64,000 nt of DNA. Source: Halobacteria archaeon. GTDB taxonomy: Archaea; Halobacteriota; Syntropharchaeia; JACQPP01. Position numbers and translations under genes: made by a program. The notes beneath the pieces are model-generated. The model saw only the letters and a list, made by a program, of their open reading frames with translations, was not told the DNA's origin and did no database searches. Of the stretch, positions 43,542 through 52,594 are shown piece after piece. Where the stretch lies: positions 12,633-76,632 of the forward strand of contig JAWCQZ010000008.1 of NCBI GenBank assembly GCA_038869515.1, written 5' to 3'. Each line of letters begins with the position of its first letter. Position 1 is the stretch's first letter.

Positions 43542-43615
43542 TGGGGGCGGTAGGATTTGAACCCACGAGAGGCGGGTCTGGAGCCCGCTGCCTTACCTGG
43601 CTAGGCAACACCCCC
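43542..43615 (-). tRNA. tRNA-Trp(CCA), intronless
   Basis: GGGGGTGTTGCCTAGCCAGGTAAGGCAGCGGGCTCCAGACCCGCCTCTCGTGGGTTCAAATCCTACCGCCCCCA; anticodon arm GCGGG-CTCCAGA-CCCGC. Confidence 0.88.
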
Positions 43616-43651
43616 GTTCACCCCTAGGAGGAGGTTGGGCCTTATCACCTT

Positions 43652-44794
43652 TCACCGGGAGGCGCGTCGGTGGAAGAGCCCCGACAAGGCGAGACCCCCC
43701 GCCGCCAGAAGGAATTCAAATCCCGGCGAGCGGGCCGGAGCGGAGGGGACCGGAGTGAACGAAGGAAAAACCCCGGGAGATGGAGCGGGGGTTGGAACGG
43801 AAGATGGCGAAGGGGGGCTGAGGTCCCACACGCGGAGGGTCCCGTCGTCGGAGGCCGAGGCCAGGCGGGTCCCCGAGGGGTTCCACGCGACCGACCGGAC
43901 CGGCGCGGTGTGCCCGGTAAAGACGCGTTCGCCCTCGCCGGTGGAGACCCTCCAGACCCGAACCGTGCCGTCGTTGGACCCCGAGGCGAGCCGGGTTCCG
44001 GTCGGGCCCCACGCGACTGCGTTGACGACGCTGCTGTGACCGGCGAAGGTCCGGAACGGGGACCCCGACGGAATTTCCCAGATGCGAATCTTGGCATCCT
44101 GCGAGCCGATGGCCACCAGGTTCGCAAGTGGACTCCAGGAGAGGGACTCCACGCTCGACAGGTCTCCGCTCAGATTCCGGAGGCGGGTCCCCGTGACCGG
44201 GTCCCAGACCCGAAGAGCGGGCTCATCCGACCCCGAGACGAGGAGGGCGCCGTCCGGACTCCAGGCCACCTGGGTCACGTACTTCATGCTGTCCTTGAGT
44301 TCATGAACCGTGACGTTCGCGACAGGGTCCCAAATGCGGACGAACCCCACCACGACTGGGAAGAAGTCCCGGTTCGCACCGAAGGCGAGATGGGTCCCAT
44401 TGGGGTTCCAGACGGGGGAGGTGACGGGGCCCGGATGGAGGCCGAGGTCGCCCACGGCAGCCCCGGTGTTCGGGTCCCATGCGCGGAGGGTCCCGTAGAC
44501 CGGCGCGGCGCTCAGGTTGTTGGAGGCCGCTGCCAGTCGCTTGCCGTCGTGGCTCCAGGCGACGAACCCCACCGGACCCGCCCCTCCCGAGAGCACCTTC
44601 AAAGGCGCACCGGCGGTCGCGTCCCAAATCCGAACAACTCCGTCCACCGACCCGGAGGCGAGCCGGCTCCCGTCGGGGCTCCAAGCCACCGAGGAGGCGC
44701 CCCCTCCACCGGTTTGGATGACCCGTGGTTCCTGGCCCCAGGCAGGACCGGCCAGGAGGGATACCGCGAGGAGAACGACCCATAGGCTTCGCAT
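43652..44794 (-). CDS. secreted WD40-repeat protein with PGF-CTERM anchor
   Basis: signal peptide, about 7 WD40 repeats (VAWSPDG..LASGS.DG..RIWD), Pro/Ser linker, PGF + TM + RR. Confidence 0.88.
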   Translation of the reverse strand: MRSLWVVLLAVSLLAGPAWGQEPRVIQTGGGGASSVAWSPDGSRLASGSVDGVVRIWDATAGAPLKVLSGGAGPVGFVAWSHDGKRLAAASNNLSAAPVYGTLRAWDPNTGAAVGDLGLHPGPVTSPVWNPNGTHLAFGANRDFFPVVVGFVRIWDPVANVTVHELKDSMKYVTQVAWSPDGALLVSGSDEPALRVWDPVTGTRLRNLSGDLSSVESLSWSPLANLVAIGSQDAKIRIWEIPSGSPFRTFAGHSSVVNAVAWGPTGTRLASGSNDGTVRVWRVSTGEGERVFTGHTAPVRSVAWNPSGTRLASASDDGTLRVWDLSPPSPSSVPTPAPSPGVFPSFTPVPSAPARSPGFEFLLAAGGLALSGLFHRRASR

Positions 44795-44890
44795 CCCCCG
44801 GGTGTTGTGGGACGTTTTAAAACCGTTGGGGCGGGAGGCTCTCGCCACGGAGGGGCCAAAGGGATTTAGAGCCCCGGGGAGAGGAGGGCC

Positions 44891-45076
44891 ATGGCCGCCT
44901 CCCGCCCCCCCTGGGCCTCCCCCGCCGCCGAACTGGCCGGCTCCCCCCTCTGGGAGCACCGGTGCGACCCCTGCAAGGTGGTCGTGAAGCACTTCGGCCC
45001 CTGCGACGACACCTGCGCCCACGTGGCGGAGGCCCACGCGCCCCACGGGGCCCGCCACGGCCCGCTGAAAGGGTAG
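44891..45076 (+). CDS. small Cys/His-rich putative zinc-binding protein
   Basis: GAGGAGG RBS; HRCDPC..H..C...CAH...H..H; 4 nt upstream of the paaI-like gene. Confidence 0.6.
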   Translation: MAASRPPWASPAAELAGSPLWEHRCDPCKVVVKHFGPCDDTCAHVAEAHAPHGARHGPLKG

Positions 45077-45080
45077 GCAG

Positions 45081-45509
45081 ATGCCCCCGCCCCGGGACTA
45101 CATCCGCCTGCTGCTCGAAGGGAAGGCCCCGCCCGCCCCCGTGATGAAACTGGTGGGCTTCTCCCTGAAGTCGGCCGAGCCGGGGCGGGCGGTGATGGAG
45201 TTCGAGGCCGACGAGCGCCACCACAACCCGGGCGGAACCCTCCACGGGGGAGTCCTCTGCGACGTGGCCGACGGCGCGATGGGGTTCGCCTTCGCCTCAA
45301 CCCTGAAGGAGGGAGAGAACTTCACCACCGTGGAACTCAAAATCAACTTCCTGAAGGCGGTCAAGGAGGGAAAGCTGAAGGCCGAGGGGAGGGTGGTGAA
45401 GCGGGGGAAGACCTTGAGTTACATCGAAGCGGATGTGACCGATGAGGAGGGGGCCCTGATCGCGAAGGCGTCGAGCACCGTCATGGTCCTGCCGGGCGGG
45501 AGCAGATAG
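45081..45509 (+). CDS. PaaI family thioesterase (hotdog fold)
   Basis: HHNPGGTLHGGVLCDVADGAMG, TVELKINFL. Confidence 0.92.
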   Translation: MPPPRDYIRLLLEGKAPPAPVMKLVGFSLKSAEPGRAVMEFEADERHHNPGGTLHGGVLCDVADGAMGFAFASTLKEGENFTTVELKINFLKAVKEGKLKAEGRVVKRGKTLSYIEADVTDEEGALIAKASSTVMVLPGGSR

Positions 45510-45511
45510 GC

Positions 45512-45832
45512 TCAGGCCTGCCTGGGCGCGGCCCTTTCCCCGGCGCGCGGGCCCTGCGAGAAGCCGCACTCGTGGCAGAACTTGGGGACCTCCTTCTCGA
45601 AGAGGGCGCCGCAGTGGAAGCACCGGGGGCGCAGGTCCCGGGTCCGCACCAGCCGCTCGCTGCAGTTTTCGCAGTAGCGCCCCCGGCCCGGGAGGCGGCA
45701 GGCGGCGCACCACCGCAGGTGGCGCTTCCGCCGCTCGACCGGCCAGTAGAGGAGGAGGATGAAAGCCACGAAGGCGCCGAGGAACGCGAGCCAGAGGAGG
45801 CCCGCGAGACCGAGGGCCTGGAGGACGCCCAT
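45512..45832 (-). CDS. membrane-anchored double zinc-ribbon protein
   Basis: N-terminal TM, then CAAC, CENC, CFHC, CHEC. Confidence 0.75.
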   Translation of the reverse strand: MGVLQALGLAGLLWLAFLGAFVAFILLLYWPVERRKRHLRWCAACRLPGRGRYCENCSERLVRTRDLRPRCFHCGALFEKEVPKFCHECGFSQGPRAGERAAPRQA

Positions 45833-45889
45833 CTTCCCCGGGAGGGTCGCGGGATGAAGGTTTTCCCCTACGACGTCCGCCGGGGACCG

Positions 45890-46156
45890 ATGGAGAAGCC
45901 GGCACCCCGGAAGGTCCGCCCCGCCCGGGTCGCCGCGGGAGTCCCGGTCCCGCAGGAGGTCCGGGCGGAGCTGGAGTCCCTCGCGCGGAGGCACGGGCGC
46001 CCCCTCGAGACCGTGGAGGCCCGATTCCGCCACATGGAGGGCTACGACCTCATCCGGGAGCGGTTCCAGGGGCGGCCGGAGAGGGAGCGGTGGGACTACA
46101 TCCTGCAGATTCTGGAGGAGCGGCTCAAGGACGAGGCCCCGGGGGCGCAAAGTTGA
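45890..46156 (+). CDS. hypothetical protein
   Basis: helical 88-aa ORF upstream of bcp; start could be 45854. Confidence 0.55.
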   Translation: MEKPAPRKVRPARVAAGVPVPQEVRAELESLARRHGRPLETVEARFRHMEGYDLIRERFQGRPERERWDYILQILEERLKDEAPGAQS

Positions 46157-46181
46157 AAAAGAGCCGCGCGCACGGCACTCC

Positions 46182-46628
46182 ATGCTGAAAGCGGGCGACA
46201 AGGCGCCGGAGCTTGCGGGCCTCGACCAAAACGGCCGGAAGATTTCGCTGGCAGGCAAGAAGGTCGTCCTCTACTTCTACCCCAAGGACGACACGCCGGG
46301 GTGCACCGTCGAGGCGTGCAACTTCCGGGACTCCAGCGACGAAATCCGCAAGCGGGGCTGGGAGGTCGTGGGGGTCTCGACCGACCCCGTGCTCTCCCAC
46401 AAGAAGTTCGAGCAGAAATACCGCCTCAACTTCCCGCTCCTGGCAGACCCCGAGAAGGAACTGACATCGGAGTTCGGAGTCCTCGCCCCCCTGGGCTACG
46501 CCCAGCGCGCCACCTTCCTCGTCGGCGCCAACGGCCTCGTCCTGCACGTCTGGCCGAAGGTGAGCCCGAAGAGCCACGCCGCCGAGGTCATCGCAAAAAT
46601 CGAGGAGCTCGACCGGACGGGAACGTAG
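46182..46628 (+). CDS. bcp: peroxiredoxin (Bcp/PrxQ)
   Basis: YFYPKDDTPGCTVEACNFRD, FPLLADP. Confidence 0.94.
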   Translation: MLKAGDKAPELAGLDQNGRKISLAGKKVVLYFYPKDDTPGCTVEACNFRDSSDEIRKRGWEVVGVSTDPVLSHKKFEQKYRLNFPLLADPEKELTSEFGVLAPLGYAQRATFLVGANGLVLHVWPKVSPKSHAAEVIAKIEELDRTGT

Positions 46629-48113
46629 TCACCCCCGCGCCGCGAGGATTTTGTCTGCGCATTCGAGCCCGCTCCGGGCCGCCATCTCGGTCCCGATGCC
46701 GCGTCCCCCGGCCGAGTCGCCCGCGAGGTAGAGCCCCTCCACAGGGGTCTCGTTCGGGAGCCGGTCCCGCCCCGCCTGGCCCACCAGGGGAGGGTTGCTG
46801 ATGGGGGGCCCGCCCGCCTTGCCGAGGAAGCCGCCGTAGAACCGGGTCGAGGGGTCCCACATCCGCATCACCTCGCGGGAGAGTCCCGGGAAGAGGCGGC
46901 GGAGGTAGGGCCAGGTCATCCCCCGGGCCCCCACGGCGAGGAGGATGTGGCGGCCCGGCGGGGCGAGGTCGGGGTCGAAGTGGGTCGGGAAGACCGCCCA
47001 GGCGATGCCGAAGCCGGCGTGCCCGAGAAGCCGGTTCAGCCAGAGCCGCCCCCGGGAGGCCGCCCCGCCATACCACCGCCCTTGGCCGCGCCGGGTCATC
47101 CGGGCGGCGAGGGCGGCCGGGAGGTGGCGGGATAGCCGCAGGAGCCTCTCCGCCCCCGGCGCATCGCCGGCCAGGTAGTTTTTCGCCTCCGCCACCCGCC
47201 CCCGGAGGGCGACGCGGAGCACCTCCCGGGTGTCGAAGTTGTAGGTGCGGACCGCGCGGACCCGCTCGAGGTAGTCGGCGGGGAAGCGCCCCTCCCCCGC
47301 GAGGCCGAAGACCGTCTCGCGGAGTCCAGCGGTGCTCACCACGACCGGCGCTTCCTCGAAGCCGCCGCGGGTCTCGACGCCCTCCACCCGGCCGCCGCGG
47401 ATGCGGAGGAGGCCGGCCGGGGCGCGCGTCCGGACCTCGCCCCCCGACGCCTCCACCGCCCGCCCGAGCGCCTCCGGGATGGCCGAGGCGCCGCCCCGGA
47501 CGTAGGAGAGGGATGAGTTCCGGAACACCTCCTGGTAGCACCGGATGAACTCGCCGGCCGCGACCTGCCCCGCCGCGGAGGTGGTGTAGAGGGTGGAGAG
47601 GATGGAGGGGACGAGGAGCGCGGGGGCCCCCACGGGATAGCGGCCGATGAAGGAGAGGAGGTCGGTCCGGTCGAGCCGGTCCAGCTCCTGCCCGGGCAGG
47701 GTCCACAAATCGCGGACCAGCGCCTCGTCCCCCGCCCCGAACTCAAGGCCGAAGGCGGCGTACATCCCCGCGAAGTCGCGCACCGCCTCCTCGACCCCGC
47801 GGCACCCGTAGCCCGGAACTTCCACCGAGGTCCGCCCCACCCGGAGCACGACATCCTCCCGGACGGCGGGGAGGAATTCGACCCGCTCCCCCGCCCGCCG
47901 CAGGGCCTCCCCCAGCACCCCCTTCTCCCCCGAGGCGAAGAGGTGGACGGCGACGTCGAACTGGAACCCCTCCCACTCCACGGCCGCGCAGGCGCCGCCA
48001 ACGGCCGAGTTCTTCTCCAAGACGAGCACCTTCAGCCCCCCTCGAGCCAGAGCCGAGGCGGCGGCGAGGCCTCCGACGCCGGAGCCCAGGATGACCGCGT
48101 CCCACCGGCCCAT
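46629..48113 (-). CDS. FAD-dependent oxidoreductase, phytoene desaturase family
   Basis: GSGVGGL, VLEKN..VGG, TPVEGLYLAGD..GRGIG. Confidence 0.82.
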   Translation of the reverse strand: MGRWDAVILGSGVGGLAAASALARGGLKVLVLEKNSAVGGACAAVEWEGFQFDVAVHLFASGEKGVLGEALRRAGERVEFLPAVREDVVLRVGRTSVEVPGYGCRGVEEAVRDFAGMYAAFGLEFGAGDEALVRDLWTLPGQELDRLDRTDLLSFIGRYPVGAPALLVPSILSTLYTTSAAGQVAAGEFIRCYQEVFRNSSLSYVRGGASAIPEALGRAVEASGGEVRTRAPAGLLRIRGGRVEGVETRGGFEEAPVVVSTAGLRETVFGLAGEGRFPADYLERVRAVRTYNFDTREVLRVALRGRVAEAKNYLAGDAPGAERLLRLSRHLPAALAARMTRRGQGRWYGGAASRGRLWLNRLLGHAGFGIAWAVFPTHFDPDLAPPGRHILLAVGARGMTWPYLRRLFPGLSREVMRMWDPSTRFYGGFLGKAGGPPISNPPLVGQAGRDRLPNETPVEGLYLAGDSAGGRGIGTEMAARSGLECADKILAARG

Positions 48114-48168
48114 CTTCCTGGTGCGGAGCCTCCTGAAAGATGCGCTCTCCGGTCCCGGGCGGGCGCCC

Positions 48169-48609
48169 TCAGGCCTTGCCCTCTTCCTTGGGGACTCGGC
48201 CCGCCATCTCCTCGGCGAGGGCCAAGACGAGGGGGAGCGCCTCCTGCTCTCCCCGGCGCCGGTTCTTCCGGTAGGCCTCCAGGACCTCCGGGTGCTCCTC
48301 GATGCGGCTGCGCGCGATGGCCCGGAGGGGACCCGGGAGGATGCGGCGGGTCTCGGGGTACCTCTCCCGGACGCGGACCGCCATGAACCGGACCAGGCTC
48401 TCCTTGACGGCGTCCGCGGGGCCGGGGGCGGCGGGCTTCGGGGCATGGGCTCCCTCCCTGCGCGCCCCACTCTCCCGGGGCTTGGAGGCCTTGGACCCCC
48501 CCTCCTCCCCCCTCCTCGCCGCGGCGGCTTTGGGGGCCTCGGGCTCGGCCTTGGCCGGAGCGGGCTCCGGGGCCTGGGCGGTCTCGGGCGGAGCGGGTCC
48601 CGGGCTCAT
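48169..48609 (-). CDS. hypothetical protein (disordered N-terminus, helical C-terminus)
   Basis: ATGA overlap with the GPN GTPase stop. Confidence 0.6.
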   Translation of the reverse strand: MSPGPAPPETAQAPEPAPAKAEPEAPKAAAARRGEEGGSKASKPRESGARREGAHAPKPAAPGPADAVKESLVRFMAVRVRERYPETRRILPGPLRAIARSRIEEHPEVLEAYRKNRRRGEQEALPLVLALAEEMAGRVPKEEGKA

Positions 48610-49361
48610 TCGCGCACGATGTCCTCCCCCCCCATATAAATCTCCTGAACCGCGGTGTAGAGGTCGGCGGCTCCCTCGCCGGTGGCCCCCGAGACCGGGA
48701 GGGGCGCCCCGAAGGCTCCGATGGAGTCGAGGGCCTTGAACAGTTCGGTGCTCACCGCGCCCGCCCCCTCGAGGGCCTCCCGGAGCAGGTCGCCGTCGGC
48801 GGCCCACGATTCGATCCGCGCCCGCTCCTCGGGCTTGAGGAGGTCCGACTTCCCCAGGAGAGTCACCGAGGGGACGGCGAACCGGAACTGGACCGAGCAG
48901 GCGAGGAGGGCGAGGGAGACGAAGCCGGCGGGCTGGCGGGCGAGGAGGGGGTCGTAGAGGAACGCGAGGAGGTTGGGGCCCCCCAGCGCCTCGACGAGGA
49001 GGCGGGAGGACTCGCGGAAGGCGAAGAGCTCGATCTGCCCCGGGGTGTCCATGAGGAAGTAGTCGGCCCGGAGGGAGTCGAGTTCTCTCCGGATCTCCTC
49101 GGCGTGGAGGGCGATCATGTCGGCGGCGAGGATCTGCCCCCCGTTGGGGCCGACGCTGTAGCGGTTCATCACGTCGGACAGCTTCACCCAGTCCCGCACA
49201 TCCACGTCGGGGGTGTAGGGGAGTCGCTCCGCGCCCGGGTCGAGGTTCACGGTGAAGGCGGGATATTTCTGGGCGTCCATCCACTCCAGGAGCGCCTTCG
49301 TGAAGGTGGACTTCCCCGAGCCCGCGGTGCCGACGAGGTAGAGGCGGATGTTGTCCTCCAT
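48606..49361 (-). CDS. GPN-loop GTPase
   Basis: GTAGSGKST, NLDPG, VGPNG, DTPGQIELF. Confidence 0.94.
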   Translation of the reverse strand: MEDNIRLYLVGTAGSGKSTFTKALLEWMDAQKYPAFTVNLDPGAERLPYTPDVDVRDWVKLSDVMNRYSVGPNGGQILAADMIALHAEEIRRELDSLRADYFLMDTPGQIELFAFRESSRLLVEALGGPNLLAFLYDPLLARQPAGFVSLALLACSVQFRFAVPSVTLLGKSDLLKPEERARIESWAADGDLLREALEGAGAVSTELFKALDSIGAFGAPLPVSGATGEGAADLYTAVQEIYMGGEDIVRE

Positions 49362-49487
49362 CGCGGGAATGCGTGCTGCCGTCAAAAGACCCTCGGTCCG
49401 CCCTCCCCAGCCCTGAATCCGGGGTCTCGCGATCCCCGGTTCCGGGCCCGCGTCAAGCCTAATAGGGGTCGAGGCCCATGCCCTCCC

Positions 49488-49874
49488 ATGTCCAGAACCG
49501 TCCTCACGGCCCAGGATGTGATGGTCAAGGAGGTCTACACCATCGGCCCCAACCAGAAGGTCGCCCTCGCCCGGCTCCAGATGCTCCGCCATGGCGTCGG
49601 CGCCCTGCCGGTCCTCGACTCCGACGGCAGCCTGCTCGGCATCGTGACCCTCCGGGACATCGACCTCGCCGGGCACGACATCGGCGACATGCGCATCGAG
49701 GAACTGATGAGCCGCAACCTCGTCACCTGCTCCCCCGAGACCCCCCTCCGGCGCATCGCCGACGACATGGTGAAGAGCGGCATCCAGCGCATCCCGGTGG
49801 TCAGCGGGCGCGGAAAACTGGTGGGGCTGGTGACCCAGACCACCCTCATCAAGGGGGCGCGGAACTACCTGTGA
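49488..49874 (+). CDS. CBS domain pair protein
   Basis: two CBS repeats (LPVLD..LLGIVT; IPVV..LVGLVT). Confidence 0.9.
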   Translation: MSRTVLTAQDVMVKEVYTIGPNQKVALARLQMLRHGVGALPVLDSDGSLLGIVTLRDIDLAGHDIGDMRIEELMSRNLVTCSPETPLRRIADDMVKSGIQRIPVVSGRGKLVGLVTQTTLIKGARNYL

Positions 49875-51058
49875 GCCTCCGCAAGGGCTCCCTGAAGGTG
49901 AAATCGCTCCACCTCGGGAACCGGGTGGCCCGGAGGGTGCGGGAGGTCCCCCCGAGCGGCATCCGGAGGTTCTTCGAGATGGTGATCGGCATGGAGGACG
50001 TCCTCAGCCTCGCGGTGGGCGAGCCCGACTTCGCCACCCCGTGGCGCGTCCGGGAGGCGGCCATCTACTCCCTCGAGCGCGGCGACACCTCCTACACCAG
50101 CAACTGGGGGTTGCTGGAGCTGCGCGAGGCCATCGCCCGCCACATGGAGGAGGGGTACGGCGCGACCTACGACCCGAAGAAGGAGGTCCTCGTCACCACC
50201 GGGGTCTCGGAGGGGCTCGACCTGACCCTGCGGGCGGTGGTGGAGCCCGGCGAGGAGATCCTCTACCCGGAGCCCGCCTACGTCTCCTACGGCCCCAACA
50301 CGGTCTTCGCCGGGGGCGTCCCCCGGAGCGTGGTGGCGGAGGAGCACGAGGGGTTCGTCCCCCGGGCGGAGGCGCTCGACGCGGCGGCCGCGAAGGGGCC
50401 GGTGAAGGCCCTCCTGCTGAACTACCCCAACAACCCGACCGGGGCGGCCCTCGGCCGGAGGGAGATGGCCCGCATCGCGGAGGTGGCGGAGGACCGCGAC
50501 CTGCTCATCATCTCCGACGAGATTTACCGGGACCTGACCTACGACGGCAAGCCCTTGAGCATGGCCTCCTTCGCCCCCGAGCGCACCATCGTCCTCGGGG
50601 GCTTCTCGAAGGGGCAGGCGATGACCGGCTTCCGCATCGGCTACGCCTGCGGGCCCGCCGAACTGATCGCGGGGCTGGCGAAAATCCACCAGTACACCAT
50701 GCTCTGCGCCCCCATCACCGGCCAGTACGCCGCCATCGAGGCCCTCGCGGCGGAGGGGGAGACGCGGGAGATGGTGCGGGAGTACGACCGGAGGCGGCGG
50801 TTCCTCATGGGCGCATTCAGGGAGATGGACCTCCCCTGCGCGGAGCCGAAGGGGGCGTTCTACGCCTTCCCGATGGTGCCCGGCGAGAGTTCCGAGAAGT
50901 TCGCCGAGGGGCTCCTGAACCAGCAGAAGGTCGCGGTGGTGCCCGGGTCGGCCTTCGGGAAGAGCGGGGAGGGGCACATCCGCATCTCCTACGCGGTGGA
51001 GATGGGGACGCTGAGGGAAGCGGTGGAGCGGATTGGGAAGTACGTCGAGGGGAAGTAA
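49871..51058 (+). CDS. class I/II aminotransferase (aspartate/aromatic)
   Basis: GEPDF, YTSNWG, NYPNNPTG, SDEIY, FSKGQAMTGFRIG. Confidence 0.93.
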   Translation: MSLRKGSLKVKSLHLGNRVARRVREVPPSGIRRFFEMVIGMEDVLSLAVGEPDFATPWRVREAAIYSLERGDTSYTSNWGLLELREAIARHMEEGYGATYDPKKEVLVTTGVSEGLDLTLRAVVEPGEEILYPEPAYVSYGPNTVFAGGVPRSVVAEEHEGFVPRAEALDAAAAKGPVKALLLNYPNNPTGAALGRREMARIAEVAEDRDLLIISDEIYRDLTYDGKPLSMASFAPERTIVLGGFSKGQAMTGFRIGYACGPAELIAGLAKIHQYTMLCAPITGQYAAIEALAAEGETREMVREYDRRRRFLMGAFREMDLPCAEPKGAFYAFPMVPGESSEKFAEGLLNQQKVAVVPGSAFGKSGEGHIRISYAVEMGTLREAVERIGKYVEGK

Positions 51059-51160
51059 GCGCAGAATCCGCAACAAAAGGGCTCAACCGCAAAGCAGGGG
51101 CCGCAGCGCGAAGGCGGCCGTAGGCGGGAGTTACGAGAGAGTTTCCGAGTGGAGCGGCAA

Positions 51161-51721
51161 CTACGGCCGCTTGAACAACTGCACGCCCTTCCCCAGGATG
51201 GAGCCCCCCGCCGCGACGAGGATGCCCGCCCCGGCCGCCTTGATGGCGACGCCGATGGAGTTCTGGAAACTCTCGGCGATGGGCCCGAGGAGGGTCTTCC
51301 CGAGGTCGGCGCCTCCGCCTCCCCCCAGGAGGGCGGCGGGGTCGAGGGAGGGGATGTTGATGGCAGGCGGGGGCGTGTTGAACAACTGGTAGCCGAGTTG
51401 GAACGCGGAGTAGACCATGGCGAAACCCCCCGCCATGAAGGCGCCCCCGACCCCCTTGTCCACCCACATCTCGTGCTTCCAGCGCACAACGACCGGCGCC
51501 GGGTGGGCGAGTTCGTGGGCGAGGGCCGCCTCCAGCCCTGCGGGGGTCAGGGCGAGCCGACTCCCGGCCCGGGTGAGGAGCCCCTTCCCGGTCGCGGACT
51601 TGGCGAAGGCCTCCGCCTGCTCCTTCGTGGCCCCGAGGGCCTTTCGGGCATCCCCGAGCCTCCGCTGGCCCATCCGCACCGCGCGGAGGAGGGCCAGTTC
51701 GCCAGGCGAGGGCTCGGCCAT
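51161..51721 (-). CDS. hypothetical protein: N-terminal winged HTH plus two TM segments
   Basis: wHTH-like ELALLRAV..GLL....LALTPAG, then two hydrophobic segments. Confidence 0.65.
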   Translation of the reverse strand: MAEPSPGELALLRAVRMGQRRLGDARKALGATKEQAEAFAKSATGKGLLTRAGSRLALTPAGLEAALAHELAHPAPVVVRWKHEMWVDKGVGGAFMAGGFAMVYSAFQLGYQLFNTPPPAINIPSLDPAALLGGGGGADLGKTLLGPIAESFQNSIGVAIKAAGAGILVAAGGSILGKGVQLFKRP

Positions 51722-51805
51722 GGGGGTAGTCCTCGGTCCCCCCATATATCTCGCGCGACCGGAGGGCCCCGAAAGGGGTATCCTCCCCCTGGGAGATGAC
51801 CACCC

Positions 51806-52594
51806 ATGGCCGCCGAGCCCCCCGCGGGACCGAACCCTCCCCCGCCGCCCGCCGCGAAGCCGCGCCGCAGGTGGGTCCTCCCCGTCGCGGTCCTCTTGGT
51901 CGGACTCCTCCTGGGGCTCGCCTTCTACGCCGGGACCCGGGTGGGCGGCCCCCGCGACCTCGCGATGCCCCCCCTGAGCCCCGAAGCGCGCGAGGTCTCG
52001 GTCAAGGTTCCCGGGATCGACACCTCGGGGGAGGGGGTCATCGCCAACCTGACCGCCCGGGTCCAGCCCGGCGGCGGGCTCGTCCTGGTGAGCGTGAACA
52101 ACGCCAAGGCCGCCCCCGACACCCAGGTCTCGGCTCTCACCGCGGCGCGGGTAGCGGCCAACCTGACGGGGCGCAGCCTGGGCGCCGTGGATGTGATTTA
52201 CTCGGTGCAGGCCGACGCCCAGGTGGTGGAGGGTCCCTCGGCCGGGGCGGCCATGGCGGTCGCAGCCGCGGCTGCGCTGGAGGGGCGGACCCCAAATCCG
52301 AGGGTGGCCATCACCGGGACCGTGGAGCCCGACGGCTCCGTGGGCGCCGTCGGGGGGGTGGAGGAGAAGGCGGCGGCGGCGCGGGACAAGGGCGTGACCC
52401 TCTTCCTCGTGGCCCCGGGCCAGAACACCGCGGGGCGCCTCGCCGAGCCGGTCCGGCGCTGCCTCACCGAAGAGTCGCTCCGGCTCTGCACGGTGGAGTT
52501 CGAGGAGCGGAGGGTGGACCTGGGGGGGCGCCTGGGCATCCGGGTGGCGGAGGTGGCCACGGTGAAGGAGGCGCTGGAGAGGTTCTATGAGTGA
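51806..52594 (+). CDS. membrane-anchored S16 (Lon C-terminal domain) serine protease without ATPase
   Basis: TM helix; catalytic Ser in EGPSAG; ITGTV.PDG; Lys in VGGVEEK. Confidence 0.88.
   Translation: MAAEPPAGPNPPPPPAAKPRRRWVLPVAVLLVGLLLGLAFYAGTRVGGPRDLAMPPLSPEAREVSVKVPGIDTSGEGVIANLTARVQPGGGLVLVSVNNAKAAPDTQVSALTAARVAANLTGRSLGAVDVIYSVQADAQVVEGPSAGAAMAVAAAAALEGRTPNPRVAITGTVEPDGSVGAVGGVEEKAAAARDKGVTLFLVAPGQNTAGRLAEPVRRCLTEESLRLCTVEFEERRVDLGGRLGIRVAEVATVKEALERFYE

Noticed and set aside
43542..44794. tRNA-anchored integrated element at tRNA-Trp or tRNA-Gly
   Set aside because: No integrase and no duplicated tRNA 3' fragment (att site) found by eye in the window
51059..51160. A-richer spacer between convergent genes with a GGCCGC..GCGGCC hairpin, considered as an ncRNA
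   Set aside because: No recognisable C/D, H/ACA, SRP or RNase P features; most simply a bidirectional terminator region
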